Assembly: GCA_044892505.1 (NCBI GenBank)
Contig: CM097882.1
Coordinates: forward strand, 209,374,001 to 209,438,000
Reading direction: 5' to 3'
Source of the DNA: Schmidtea nova
Lineage: Eukaryota
Length of the DNA: 64,000 nt
The translations under genes and the position numbers were made by a program. Positions within the stretch are counted from its first letter, which is position 1. Each line of letters starts with the position of its first letter. The notes under the pieces were generated by a model. That model was given only the letters and a program-made list of their open reading frames with translations. It was not told where the DNA came from and did not search any database. This document shows positions 11,248 to 22,250 of the stretch, one piece after another.

Positions 11248-12259
11248 ACGAGGAGAAATAGGAGATTTGAAAATCAAAGTGAAATTACCAAACGAAGACA
11301 CAAAGGAAATTGAAGTAATCGCGGATTGCACAGTAGAAGAATTAGTTGATGTTATCTATGAGACTTTATTACAACGCGAAAAAGAAGACGAATTGGAAGA
11401 CGATATTATCATAAAATATAACGAACACGTACTAGGAGATCATGACGAGAGACGAGTATATAAAATTGGTATATGTGACAACTATCAAACAATCCACGTT
11501 ATCAGAATGGATGATTCACCAAGAGAAACACCAAAAGACGAAAAAAGGAAACAAGAACGTCGAAGAGAAGAGATGCACAAATTGAGACAAATAGTAGAAA
11601 TTTATCGAAGATGGGAGAAACAATGGGATGATAAAGAGAAATGCTGGAAAGCAAAAGGAGATATATATGAAGAAGGATTTAGACCAGAAATGGAAGACAA
11701 ATATGAACCAGAAACCAGAAGAGTTTGTATGGTGACAAGAAAAGTCATGCCAACAGATTTAGATGGACCAGAAACCGCAGCAATATGGTTAGAAACGCAG
11801 AGACGAAAAGCTAACGAACTCATAGAATTATTAAAAGGAAATTTACAAGGAAAAAGGCGAACGATCAAAGGATTAGCCGAATTTTTCGTAGCAAGCGGCG
11901 AAGATATAACCAGTTTAGGAAAAGTAGCAAAAGCAGTAGCAGAATATAAACGAGTTAACGAGTGGTGCCCAGAACAATTAGACAATGTAATCAAGAAATG
12001 GAGAAACCAAGAAAACGTCCAAGAATCACCGCAGAAAGTACATTTAAAGATAATATATCCAGATCGGGAAAAGGAAGAGCTTTGGGTAAGATTTACTGAA
12101 AAGATTCGAGATGTGAAAAAGAGATTGAAATATGAAACACCATTTCACTTACAACATCAAGGAAGATCATTAGAAAACGATTTGGAAATCGGGATAACGC
12201 CAGCACAATTAGATCTCGCAAACACGTTAACAGTAGACGCAATAGCAGATCAACCATAA
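11240..12259 (+). CDS. Protein with two ubiquitin-like (beta-grasp) domains
   Basis: N-terminal LKIKVKLPNEDTKEIEVIADCTVEELVDVI...IKYNEHVLGD...YKIGI...TIHVI and C-terminal LKIIYPDREKEELWVRFTEKIRDVKKRL...LQHQGRSLEND match the UBL pattern. Confidence 0.7.
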   Translation: MFKRGEIGDLKIKVKLPNEDTKEIEVIADCTVEELVDVIYETLLQREKEDELEDDIIIKYNEHVLGDHDERRVYKIGICDNYQTIHVIRMDDSPRETPKDEKRKQERRREEMHKLRQIVEIYRRWEKQWDDKEKCWKAKGDIYEEGFRPEMEDKYEPETRRVCMVTRKVMPTDLDGPETAAIWLETQRRKANELIELLKGNLQGKRRTIKGLAEFFVASGEDITSLGKVAKAVAEYKRVNEWCPEQLDNVIKKWRNQENVQESPQKVHLKIIYPDREKEELWVRFTEKIRDVKKRLKYETPFHLQHQGRSLENDLEIGITPAQLDLANTLTVDAIADQP

Positions 12260-12314
12260 ACTTAAAGAGAAAAGAGTAAAAGAAAGTGAAGACACTCAGC
12301 AGCTAAAGAACACG

Positions 12315-12956
12315 ATGCAGATCACGCCAGGAACAAGTGCAAGACAGTATGAAACCACATCAATAAAAGTCCAAGAAAGAACTGTACCACAATCATATGG
12401 CGTAGAAGAAATCTTAGCAGACAGCGATGACATACTGGAAGAATTAACCAATTTGACAAAAGTAAAAAACAATAATATCTTCGAAAGAGTTCAAGAATTA
12501 CCCACAACGTCACAAGTAATCAATGCCGAAGATGAAGTCGAACAAGAAATAGAGATAGAAGAAGTGAACGAAATACCTGAAGAAGAAGCAAGAGGAACAA
12601 ATACAGAAAACGAACAATTAACACAAGAAATGGAAAGATGGTGGGAACAGAGAAATAATGAACCAAGAGATGTTACAGAAGAAACTAGACGAGAGACAAG
12701 ATTAGTAGAAACAGGTACAACAATGGATAGACGACCTACAGGTAGACCGAAGACGGATCCAGCAAACATAATCAACAAAACCAAAGAGGAAAGGAGACAA
12801 GAGAAATGGGAATTATGTTTTAGGAAGCTCAACAAAATAGCAGAAGCAAACGACAAAGAAATAACGCAAAAATGTCAAGGCGAAGGATGGATATCAAAAA
12901 CACTAATGGAAATACTGGCGATAATTGATCCAGAATTAAAAGATGGTGGAGAATAA
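12315..12956 (+). CDS. Acidic/low-complexity accessory ORF
   Basis: 213-aa Glu-rich ORF, no recognisable domain. Confidence 0.4.
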   Translation: MQITPGTSARQYETTSIKVQERTVPQSYGVEEILADSDDILEELTNLTKVKNNNIFERVQELPTTSQVINAEDEVEQEIEIEEVNEIPEEEARGTNTENEQLTQEMERWWEQRNNEPRDVTEETRRETRLVETGTTMDRRPTGRPKTDPANIINKTKEERRQEKWELCFRKLNKIAEANDKEITQKCQGEGWISKTLMEILAIIDPELKDGGE

Positions 12957-13300
12957 ACGAAATAAGCGACAAGGCTAAAGCACAACGCAATCGCACCAAT
13001 CTTACCCGAACTGATAAAAGAAAAGGCAAAATCAAGCCATTTAGATTGGCAAGGGACCACAAAGTTGATAAAAAAGTTAACTGAAGATGCAGAAAACAAT
13101 AATAAATATGTGATAGCAATTGCGTATACAATCTACAACCTATTAACGTTGAGTAGAGGTAAACCAAAATCTAAAACAATAGAGAAGCATATAAAAATAC
13201 AGCAAGCATCATAGCAAGAAAAATAGAACCATACGTCATCAGTAGAGGAGGATGGGAAACATTTGCAAAAACGAATCAAAGAAACAGTCAATCAAAGAAT

Positions 13301-15432
13301 ATGAAAAAGAAATTCAAAGAAATTCTAGGAGAATTAGAAAAAGAAAAGTCCGGAACAGGAAGTGGAAAATCTTCACTGAACCTGAATTCAATCATAATGA
13401 TGATATTAATATGGCTAATTAGTGCTGAAGGAGTAACGGCGTTCGAAGTATTTGATTGCGATCAAATGACATTAGGAGAAAAATATTCATTGAGAGGAAC
13501 TGAACAATGCAAGGATGCAACTCCAACAGAATTAAAGGTATTAAATAGTAAACAAATATATCACGTATATCAAGAAGCCGAATTAATAAAGACGACAGTT
13601 AATGAATGTAAAATATATAAAACAAGATTTGCTTTTTATTGTGGACACCATCACTAATCTGCAATCGTAATGCCAGGAACAGAAAGAGAAGCAATAATGT
13701 TACAAGGAGAAGATTGCAATAAATTTTTCAAACATGGAGAAGTCGAAACAAGTGATCAAATAAAGATAAAAGGAAAAGCTGGAGTAATACTACAACAAAC
13801 CTACTATGTAGCAGAAGCTATCACAGGAGGAGAAGGTTATTGTCAAGGAACAACATATCCGATATTTGGAGTACCAGCAACCAACATGGTAGTAATCAAC
13901 ACATATACGGTATAATTGAAAGCATATGAAGCATATTTTGACCCAGCAACAGCAATGTGTAAAATTGAAGCCAGTACTTGTCAAACCGGTATGTCAACTT
14001 TAAGTACAGAGCACGAGCAAATGAATGCCAATTGCAATTATTAAAAGAAGCAGAATTCGACGAAGTAAAAGGAAAAATCTTTCAGGAAGAAGATGATGAC
14101 GAAGTAGCAAGAGACAAACGTCTACAGGAGACAGTAAAAGGAGAGAAACAGTTCAAAACTAAAATACGAGAAAAAGAGGTAAAAATGAGAGATACGCCAA
14201 CAGTATTGGTTACATCGAACGCAGATATAGGGATGAGGTTTGTAAAAGGAAAACCGGCATTAAAATGTGGTGTATCTATGTTAGAAACTAATTACCCTGG
14301 TATTTACGTGTCAAGGCAAGCAGCACCAAATGCAAAACCTAAGGTAGATACTACAGACATCAAATTGCACGTATATTTAAATAACAAAATGGATTTTTTA
14401 TTTCATAAAAGTCAAGCATCAATGGAAAAAATATACTACGATCTCATTAACAACGACTGTATATTAAATCGAGAAATATCAAAGACGAAATTAGCAGAAG
14501 CAATTACAAACCCAGATAGTGCGATGCTATTACTGCCACTTAACGAAGGTCATTTTGGAAGAGTAGTTGAAGAAGTTATGTATGCATATATATGCCGAAA
14601 GACACACGCAAATGTAGCAACAACGACTAGATTACGACGAGGACAATGTACCAATGAGCTAAAGATTGAATATAAAGGAAAAATAAGATATGTGCAACCA
14701 GTAACAAGGATCATTAATCCATTCAGTTTTGAACCAAACCCTTTCAATTGTAGTAATGCATATGGACCATTATATCAGAAACCAGACGGAAATTGGGTCA
14801 TGTTCCCGTCAAGAACAGAAGTACAACCGCCTAGAGAATTCGAGCTGATGCAACTGTCAAAAAGACAAAAATTTTCCAATGTAGATGTAAATAATGGAGG
14901 AATTTACAGTGCAAAAGATCTTGAAGCACCACGACAAAATATATTATTCCCAGCTAGAAGAGAAGCGGTACTATCTAGTATTGTAACGATAACAGGAGGA
15001 ACAAGCTATCAAGGAGGACCAAATTATGAATTATTATTGTCACCAGCACATTTTAAGAAAGCAACAGAAAATATGATGAAAGCAATGTGGGGACGATTTT
15101 TAATTTTCGGACAGATGATGGCCGGAATACTAGGTGTAATTTTGATCATACAAATAATACGAGTGATAATCACACAAATGCTAGCATGCTTTGATATTTA
15201 CAAAAGAGAAAAGAAAGTTAATTGGAAACTAATAGTAGGATTTTTACCCTTCTTAGCTAAAACGATGGTATTACATGGTCACTCCAAAGATATTCATAGA
15301 ATAAAACGATTATTAAAAATACTGGCAAAAATGAAAGGAACAGATAAAGACGTGGGGAGAAAATTCAAAAAGATAATGAAAAATGAGCAAGCGAGACTGC
15401 AATTAAAAAGAGAAAGAAAAGGATTATGGTAA
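13301..15432 (+). pseudogene. env: Envelope glycoprotein, chuvirus (Jingchuvirales)-like class III fusion protein; 2 in-frame stops + 1 frameshift
   Basis: Signal peptide then AFEVFDC...YSL...EQC; ECKIYKTRFAFYCG; CILNREISKTKLAEAITNPD...GHFGRVVEEVMYAYIC; CTNELKIEYKGKIRYVQPVTRII; C-terminal TM GQMMAGILGVILIIQII. Stops at 13655-57 and 13913-15. Confidence 0.8.
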
Positions 15433-15585
15433 AGAATAAGAGGAGATAAAACTCATAATGATTCCAGTGATGACGATGATAACAATGACGACTGCGAAGG
15501 AGGACAAAGATACAGAAACCAAGCACCACAATATAACGACAAGAATCCAGTAGAAGCGTGGAAATGTTACGCACCTCCACCAACA

Positions 15586-17115
15586 ATGTATCAAGAACCA
15601 CTACAGACATTAGGACCCAGAACAATGCAAATGATGCCAATGCCAAATATATACCCAGTTATACCAGAAGATTATAAACTAAGACGATGTAGAAGTATGG
15701 ATCCGCAAGGAGATTCACACACAATTGCAGTTATGTCATCGAATATAGGACCAGTATTAACCACAACCATAGAAATAAACGGAAAAGAAATAGAGGCAAT
15801 GATAGATACAGGAGCAAACATTTCGGCGATAGATATTAAATGGATACCGCAAGAACAGAGACAAGAGATTGAAAGAACAAATGTTCATGTAATTGCATGT
15901 AGTAAAGAGATAGTTGAAGTTGCAGGGAGATGGTGGGTGAAAATACGACACCAAAATATAGAAATTGAAACATATGTAGCAGTAATACCAGCTTTAAGCG
16001 TACCATGTATAATCGGAACAGATTTAATGCCAACATTATTCAAAGAAATAATAATTGATCTTGGAACAATGAGATTAAAAGACAGAACAGGAAAAATATG
16101 TGCCATGGAAGCAAAAGTAATAAGCTCAAAACAAATGATAATACCAGCAAGAAAAGAGAAAATATGTTATGTCAAAATATATCCTACAATAGAAGGGGAC
16201 GTGGTCTTCGAACCAATCAAGAGATTCAGAATAAATATGCTCAGAGCAGAGGAAATTAACACAGACAGTCAAGTAGACAGTGAGAAAATTGAGGTTGACA
16301 AAGAAATCGTACGAAAAGCCAAGGAAATAAACGAAAGATGGGAAATCAAACGAGAAAAAGACGTATTATGGGATATACGACAAATAATTAGCGATTACAC
16401 ACGAGGATTCCCAACCAAACCAGTTATAATCGAATTACTAAGAAAAATACCAGAGATACTCATATTACAAGATATAGGAGGCGCAACCGCACTACACAAT
16501 GCCATAAATTGGGGTAAAACGGAAAAGGTGAAAGAATATTTGAAAATAGCAAAAGAAACGAATCAAAATCTCGACATTGGAAATCGAGAATTGGAAACGC
16601 CAATGATGACAGCAACACTAAACTTAGCAGATAAAGAAATAGTAGATATACTGATAAAGGCCGATTTCAACTGGACAGCTCGTGATAGAAGAGAATATAC
16701 AGTTTTGAACCACGCAATAATGAGCGCAAATCAGATGATACTAAAACATATAACCACCAACCTCACATGGGAAATCGATGAATTAATCAAAGTAGAAATT
16801 ATAAAGGAAGCAATTCGGAAAGGAAACACAAGAACCATACGGAAACTAATACAATGGAAATGGCCGAATAACGAAACATGGGTATTAGACATAAATAAAG
16901 AATTTAGCGAAGGACAGAACGCGCTATTGAGATACCTATTAGAATTTACGTGCGATCAGAAAACAATGTTAGCACTAATAAACAGAGGGAAAATAAATAT
17001 CAGTAAGAACGAGGAAGAATACAAACTAGAAATCAAAAAGAAAGCGTTATTCAGGAAAATTTGGATATGGTGCCAAAAACAATTACGCCAAGACATTTAC
17101 GCTACAAGGATTTAA
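15586..17115 (+). CDS. Retropepsin aspartic protease fused to ankyrin repeats
   Basis: IEAMIDTGANISAI and CIIGTDLM protease motifs; GATALHNAINWG, ETPMMTA, YTVLNHAI ankyrin repeats. Confidence 0.88.
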   Translation: MYQEPLQTLGPRTMQMMPMPNIYPVIPEDYKLRRCRSMDPQGDSHTIAVMSSNIGPVLTTTIEINGKEIEAMIDTGANISAIDIKWIPQEQRQEIERTNVHVIACSKEIVEVAGRWWVKIRHQNIEIETYVAVIPALSVPCIIGTDLMPTLFKEIIIDLGTMRLKDRTGKICAMEAKVISSKQMIIPARKEKICYVKIYPTIEGDVVFEPIKRFRINMLRAEEINTDSQVDSEKIEVDKEIVRKAKEINERWEIKREKDVLWDIRQIISDYTRGFPTKPVIIELLRKIPEILILQDIGGATALHNAINWGKTEKVKEYLKIAKETNQNLDIGNRELETPMMTATLNLADKEIVDILIKADFNWTARDRREYTVLNHAIMSANQMILKHITTNLTWEIDELIKVEIIKEAIRKGNTRTIRKLIQWKWPNNETWVLDINKEFSEGQNALLRYLLEFTCDQKTMLALINRGKINISKNEEEYKLEIKKKALFRKIWIWCQKQLRQDIYATRI

Positions 17116-18482
17116 CCGATTTCCAAGAAAAGTATAAAACGATAATAAAGGAATACAAGAAAATAGTGGAGATATTAAACGATCCAGAAAAATTTAACCA
17201 AGCGATAAACCAGAAAGCGGAAAAGAGTAAAAGGATACTCACACCATTGTTCAACGCAAAAATAGATTACCAGGAAAGATTAGATGCAATACACAAAAAA
17301 GCAAAAGAACTATTACCAGAATTCAAGGATACTAAATACGCCTTAGAAATACTTGGCGCGATAGTAGAAAAAGTACACGCGTATGTAAAAGGAGTGTGCA
17401 ACGCAGATGATATAACAATTATAAAAAGAGAAATGCCAGTTGCATTTTTATTAACTAAGGAAAGAATAATGCCGATTCATAGAGCATTGAGAGCAGGAAA
17501 AGACAGTAAAGTAATCAAAATCGCAAGATTAATGCATCAATGTGGATGTGACATGAATATGATAGACGAAAAAGGAGACACCCTCATGATATACGCAGCA
17601 AGAGCAAAAACAAAAATCAGAGTATTAAAAGAGATATATAAAGCAAGCGCAGGATTAATCGGAAAAACTGTCAAAGACAACACAATATTGGACGTGACAT
17701 TATTAGGTCCAAATTGGGTAATGTTGAATTTCATTAAAACGATAACAAACCAGGAAGAGATAGATTATTTAACAGAGACTGTAAAACGACCCAGCGTATT
17801 GACAATGATGCAAAACATCAAATTAACAGAAGAAGTACTAAACTGGAAAATACTAAATACCAACAAACCAGCATTCAGAATCAACAATTTCATGGAGAAA
17901 AACCAAAATTGGTGTATCAAAAGCACACTATTAACTTATAAATGGCCTGAAATTGTAGAAATTTTCATGAGAAGAGAAGACCTGAGATTTACAAACAAGC
18001 CTAAAGAAACGGAAAAGACAGGAAAATGGAAAGAACTGATGAGAACACACCTCCAAAGTTGGATAAAAGCCAAGAAAGAAATTATACAGTTCCAGTTAGA
18101 CAACAAAAAGATACCCGAAAATATAGAATTCCAAGAATTCGAAGCAAGTAACCTAGCAACACTATACTATGCAAAACTAATAGAAGCAATTAATGTCGAG
18201 GACGACATTTTTAACGAGCCAGGGAGAGATAATAATACTGACAATGATGATGACGATGAGGAAAACAAGGACGACGAGAGAAATAATGACGATGATGATG
18301 ATGATGAGAACAGTCACGAAAATCCAGAAAACCACGAACAAACCAACAAAGAAGATGAGAGTCAAAAGAGAAATACAAAGAAGCAAGAACCCAAAGAACA
18401 AAGAGAAGACAGCGATAAAACAATCATGAAAAGAAAAGAACAAGTTACAAAAGGAATCCCTTTTTCAGACCAGAAGTATTAA
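17061..18482 (+). CDS. Ankyrin-repeat protein with acidic tail (probable frameshifted continuation of the PR-ANK ORF)
   Basis: MPIHRALRAG...DEKGDTLMIYAARA...KDNTILDVT; overlaps the previous ORF in the -1 frame. Confidence 0.75.
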   Translation: MDMVPKTITPRHLRYKDLTDFQEKYKTIIKEYKKIVEILNDPEKFNQAINQKAEKSKRILTPLFNAKIDYQERLDAIHKKAKELLPEFKDTKYALEILGAIVEKVHAYVKGVCNADDITIIKREMPVAFLLTKERIMPIHRALRAGKDSKVIKIARLMHQCGCDMNMIDEKGDTLMIYAARAKTKIRVLKEIYKASAGLIGKTVKDNTILDVTLLGPNWVMLNFIKTITNQEEIDYLTETVKRPSVLTMMQNIKLTEEVLNWKILNTNKPAFRINNFMEKNQNWCIKSTLLTYKWPEIVEIFMRREDLRFTNKPKETEKTGKWKELMRTHLQSWIKAKKEIIQFQLDNKKIPENIEFQEFEASNLATLYYAKLIEAINVEDDIFNEPGRDNNTDNDDDDEENKDDERNNDDDDDDENSHENPENHEQTNKEDESQKRNTKKQEPKEQREDSDKTIMKRKEQVTKGIPFSDQKY

Positions 18483-20350
18483 TATTCGCAATAATCATAA
18501 CACTCGTGGGACAATGTGAAGCAACGGAACAAGAGACATCAGTAGAAATGGAAAGCTCAATACAAAAAGCATCAACACAAATGATGAATTCAAAGGATAT
18601 TGAACAAGTATGTTGGGTAAAAACGAATTCTCGGAAATAGCAACCCATTACGATGCATAGTCCCAGAACCCGATCAAAAAACCATAATAATAGACGAAAT
18701 GGATATGGAAACATGGTACAGGATAAGTACAATCAAAAAACCTAAAGACGCAAAATCACACAAAACAGTTACATGCCAAGTATACGAGACACCTAAAGCA
18801 GCCAAAATAGTTCGATATGAGTTCACCAATGGAATAGACCTTCCAGTACCATTTTATTTTAAAATAACAAGAGCACCAACAATAAGAAAAGTCTTACAAC
18901 AACCAAGAACCAAAATAACAACACCGAGTATAAGGAATACAACAGATAAACCAGAAGCAAAAAGAAGGAATACGACGGATAAACCAGAAGCAAAAAGACA
19001 TACGAAACAAACCACAAGAGTAATCTATAATCCCAAAGTGTTATGTATAGCACTCATATTAACAATATTGAAGCGATTGGAAGAAGGGATAGAGATGGAT
19101 ACAATGACATTAGTAGACCTAGAAGATACACAAACGACAAATCAGAAATGTTGGTTTAGAAACGACGAGAAATTAGAATTAAGCGAACCAAGAGCAAGTC
19201 AGAAACAGGAAGCAGGGAAAACAAGCAAAGTAAACAAGATAGTAAAGATAAAAACAGACAGAACTCATAAACTATGTTTATTAGAAAAAGAAAGAAATAA
19301 GAAAGGAATAACCAATTGTAAAACATTTCAAGCAGGAAAAATAATAACGTTCTTAAGAAAAGTAGAAACAAACAAAATTTCCAGAAATGAACCATAACGT
19401 TAGAAATAACGGGAATAGAACAAAACGTAAAAGGAGTATGCTGGAGAAAATACGAGAAAGAAACGAATAAACATAAATCATCACAATGTCAAACAGTCAG
19501 AGGAACAACTGCAGTACAAATAAAAAGCTTAGAAAGAAATCAAACCTATAAAATATGCCTAGTAAAGGAAAATGATCAAATAACGAGAGAAGATTTAGAA
19601 TGCAGAATATACAAAGCGCCAAACAGAGTGAAAACCAATAGAACAATACGAAAGAATAAAAGACAACAAAAACCGAAGCATACCACTACCGAAAGTCAAA
19701 CAGAACCAGACAGGAATACCTCAGTAACACTTATACTTTGGAAATTAGATAAAAGAACAGTAGAAATATGTTGGTCAATGATCCAGAGACACGAAGGAAG
19801 ACAGCCACAACAATGCGAAAAGATGAACAAAGAAGAGGAGATCAGAATGGAGAACCTACAATTGGACAAAAAATACGAAATATGCGCAATAGAGAAGACA
19901 GATATATTCGGAAAGCAACAAGAAAGATGTAAAACATATTATACACCTACCAATACTACGATCAAAAGAAGAAGCAAGAAACTAACCTTCGGAGAACTGA
20001 ATCAAACAAAGGAAGAAAAGGAAAGTGAGGAAACAATAATAGATTCTTATGCAAAATGGAAACCAGAAAAAGTAATCCAAGAAGTCAAAAGGAAACAACA
20101 AGAACGACAACAATTGGAACTCAAATTAAAAGGACAATATGGAACAATGATCAATCAGAGCAAATTCACCCAAATCAATCTTAACAAGCAAGGAAGAGAA
20201 CTAATTGGAGTAGGAATACTGGCAGTAAGCGTACCAGTAATAATAATATTAGCAATAATATGGCTATTGGAAAAAATATTTATGGAAAAAGAAACCAACC
20301 AGACAATGGCCAGGTATAAAAATCATGAATTGCAAAATCAAAATACCTGA
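18450..20350 (+). pseudogene. Type I membrane protein with ~4 fibronectin type III-like repeats
   Basis: Signal-like VLIFAIIITLVGQCEA; repeated VCW...I..L....Y.IC......C..Y..P pattern; TM LIGVGILAVSVPVIIILAIIWLL; broken by stops and frameshifts. Confidence 0.6.
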
Positions 20351-20842
20351 AGAAGTGAAGAAAGAATTCCAAAGAAGAACCAAAGGTAAAGAATTTTGGA
20401 AGCAAATAGAAGACGAAAAGCGACACGATGAAAAGGCAGTGATGATAGTATAGAGAGTGGGATATGACTGTAAATAATATTGTAAATTACAAAGCATTAC
20501 CGTATATAATATGGGTATTAATATTATAGAGTATATAAAAAGAGAAAAGAGAAAAAATAATATTGTATCTAATTTAGAAAATGAATGTACGAGAAGAAAC
20601 AACCGAAATGACTATGCCTATGAGATGGAAAGCACAATGCGAAACGTTAGTCCGATCAATCAATGCACTACAGAATCAACTGGGAGAGAAGCAAAATATA
20701 TTAGCAGACTGTAAGAACAACATTTTTGAATAATTACATAAAATAGAAGAGCAACAGAGAATAATAACAGAAATGACAAGAGAAAATCAGAGATTATGAC
20801 AAACAATGGAAATAAATCAACTATCAAGAAGGAAAGAATCAG

Positions 20843-21300
20843 AAATGAGTCATCGATGCGTCATGGTGTGAGTCTACAATGAGTCATTAGGGTGAGTCAC
20901 CAATATGATGAGTCATCGATGAGTCATCGTTTTAAAATAAAAAAATTAAAAATTTTTCTAAAAAATAACTTGTCAGAAAATAACTGAGAGTGTGATGAGT
21001 GATACAAACCAAAAATAATTTCAAAATAATAAAATTGAGAAAGTTCAAAAAAAATTCTTATTTTTGTATGAGTCATAAAAATTTTAGATGAGTCATCGAT
21101 AAAGAATCGATTGGTCAAATAAGAAACAATTTTTAAAAAAATTTAATGAGTCATCGGTGAGTCATATAAATAATTTTTTAAAAAAAGTTGTAGAAAAAAA
21201 ATTGTAGAAAAAACAGAATATTTTTCGAAAATAATAATAAGTCATCGTTGAGTCATCGATGCGACATAAAAAAATTTGAAAAAAAAGGTAAAAAAAAAGG
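20843..21300 (+). repeat. TGAGTCA-rich ~0.5-kb repeat, copy 1
   Basis: About 10 TGAGTCA motifs, often as TGAGTCATCGATGAGTCA; near-identical to 21728-22250 and 23368-23930. Confidence 0.9.
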
Positions 21301-21320
21301 TAGAAAAAAGATTTTAAAAA

Positions 21321-21727
21321 TATATTACGTTGCGGCATTCTAGAAATATATTACGTTGTGGTATTTTGAAATATATTACGTTGCGGTATTTAAAATATAT
21401 TATGTTGCGGTATTTTGAAATATATTACGTTGTGGTATTTAAAATATATTACGTTGCGGTATTTTGAAAAATATTACGATGCGGTATTTTGAAATATATT
21501 ACGTTGCGGTATTCTAGAAATATATTACGTTGCGGTATTTTGAAATATATTACGTTGCGGTATTTTGAAATATAATACGTTGCGGTATTTTGAAATATAT
21601 TACGTTGCGGTACTTTGAAATATATTACGTTGCGGTATTTTGAAAAATTTTACGTTGTGGTATTTTGAAATATATTACGTTTTGTATTTAAAATATATTA
21701 CGTTGCGGTATTTTGAAATATATTACG
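21321..21727. repeat. 25-bp minisatellite (ATATATTACGTTGCGGTATTTTGAA)
   Basis: About 16 tandem units; same family as 3046-3335; further short arrays at 22255-22345 and 22870-22925. Confidence 0.95.
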
Positions 21728-22250
21728 TTTGAAATGAATTATCGATGACGTCACTTTTTTCAAATTTGAAATGAGTCATCGATGCGTCTTGGTGTGAGTC
21801 TACAATGAATCATTAGGGTGAGTCACCAATGTGATGAGTCATCGATGAGTCATCGTTTTAATATTTTAAATTTTTAAAAATTTTCTAAAAAATAACTTGT
21901 CAGGAAATAGCTGAGAGTGTGATGACTTTTACAAACAAAAAATAATTTCAAAATAATCAAAATTGAGAAAGTTCAAAAAAAATTCTTATTTTTGGATGAG
22001 TCATAAAAATTGTAGATGAGTCATCGATGAGTCATCGATTGGTCAAATAAAAAAAATTTTAAAAAAATTGGTGAGTCATCGGTGAGTCATAAAAATATTT
22101 TTTTAAAAAAAATTGTAAAAAAACAGAATATTTTTCGAAAATAATAATAAGTCATCGATGAGTCATCGATGCGTCATAAAAAAATTTTGAAAAAAAGTTT
22201 GAAGAAAACAGAATATTTTTCGAAAAAAAGGTTAAAAAAAGATAGAAAAA
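21728..22250 (+). repeat. TGAGTCA-rich repeat, copy 2
   Basis: Starts with ATCGATGACGTCAC; collinear with copies 1 and 3. Confidence 0.9.

Larger units (their letters stand above)
3336..20845 (+). mobile_element. Giant cargo-bearing LTR retroelement (Ty3/Gypsy-like), 3'-truncated
   Basis: 5' LTR TGTTGG...CCACAACA, tRNA-Pro PBS, gag with CCHC knuckles, aspartic protease, env, uniform strongly A-rich plus strand; ends abruptly at a TGAGTCA repeat with no 3' LTR. Confidence 0.9.

Noticed and set aside
8481-20602. Many hydrophobic minus-strand ORFs
   Set aside because: Shadows of the A-rich plus-strand coding sequence.
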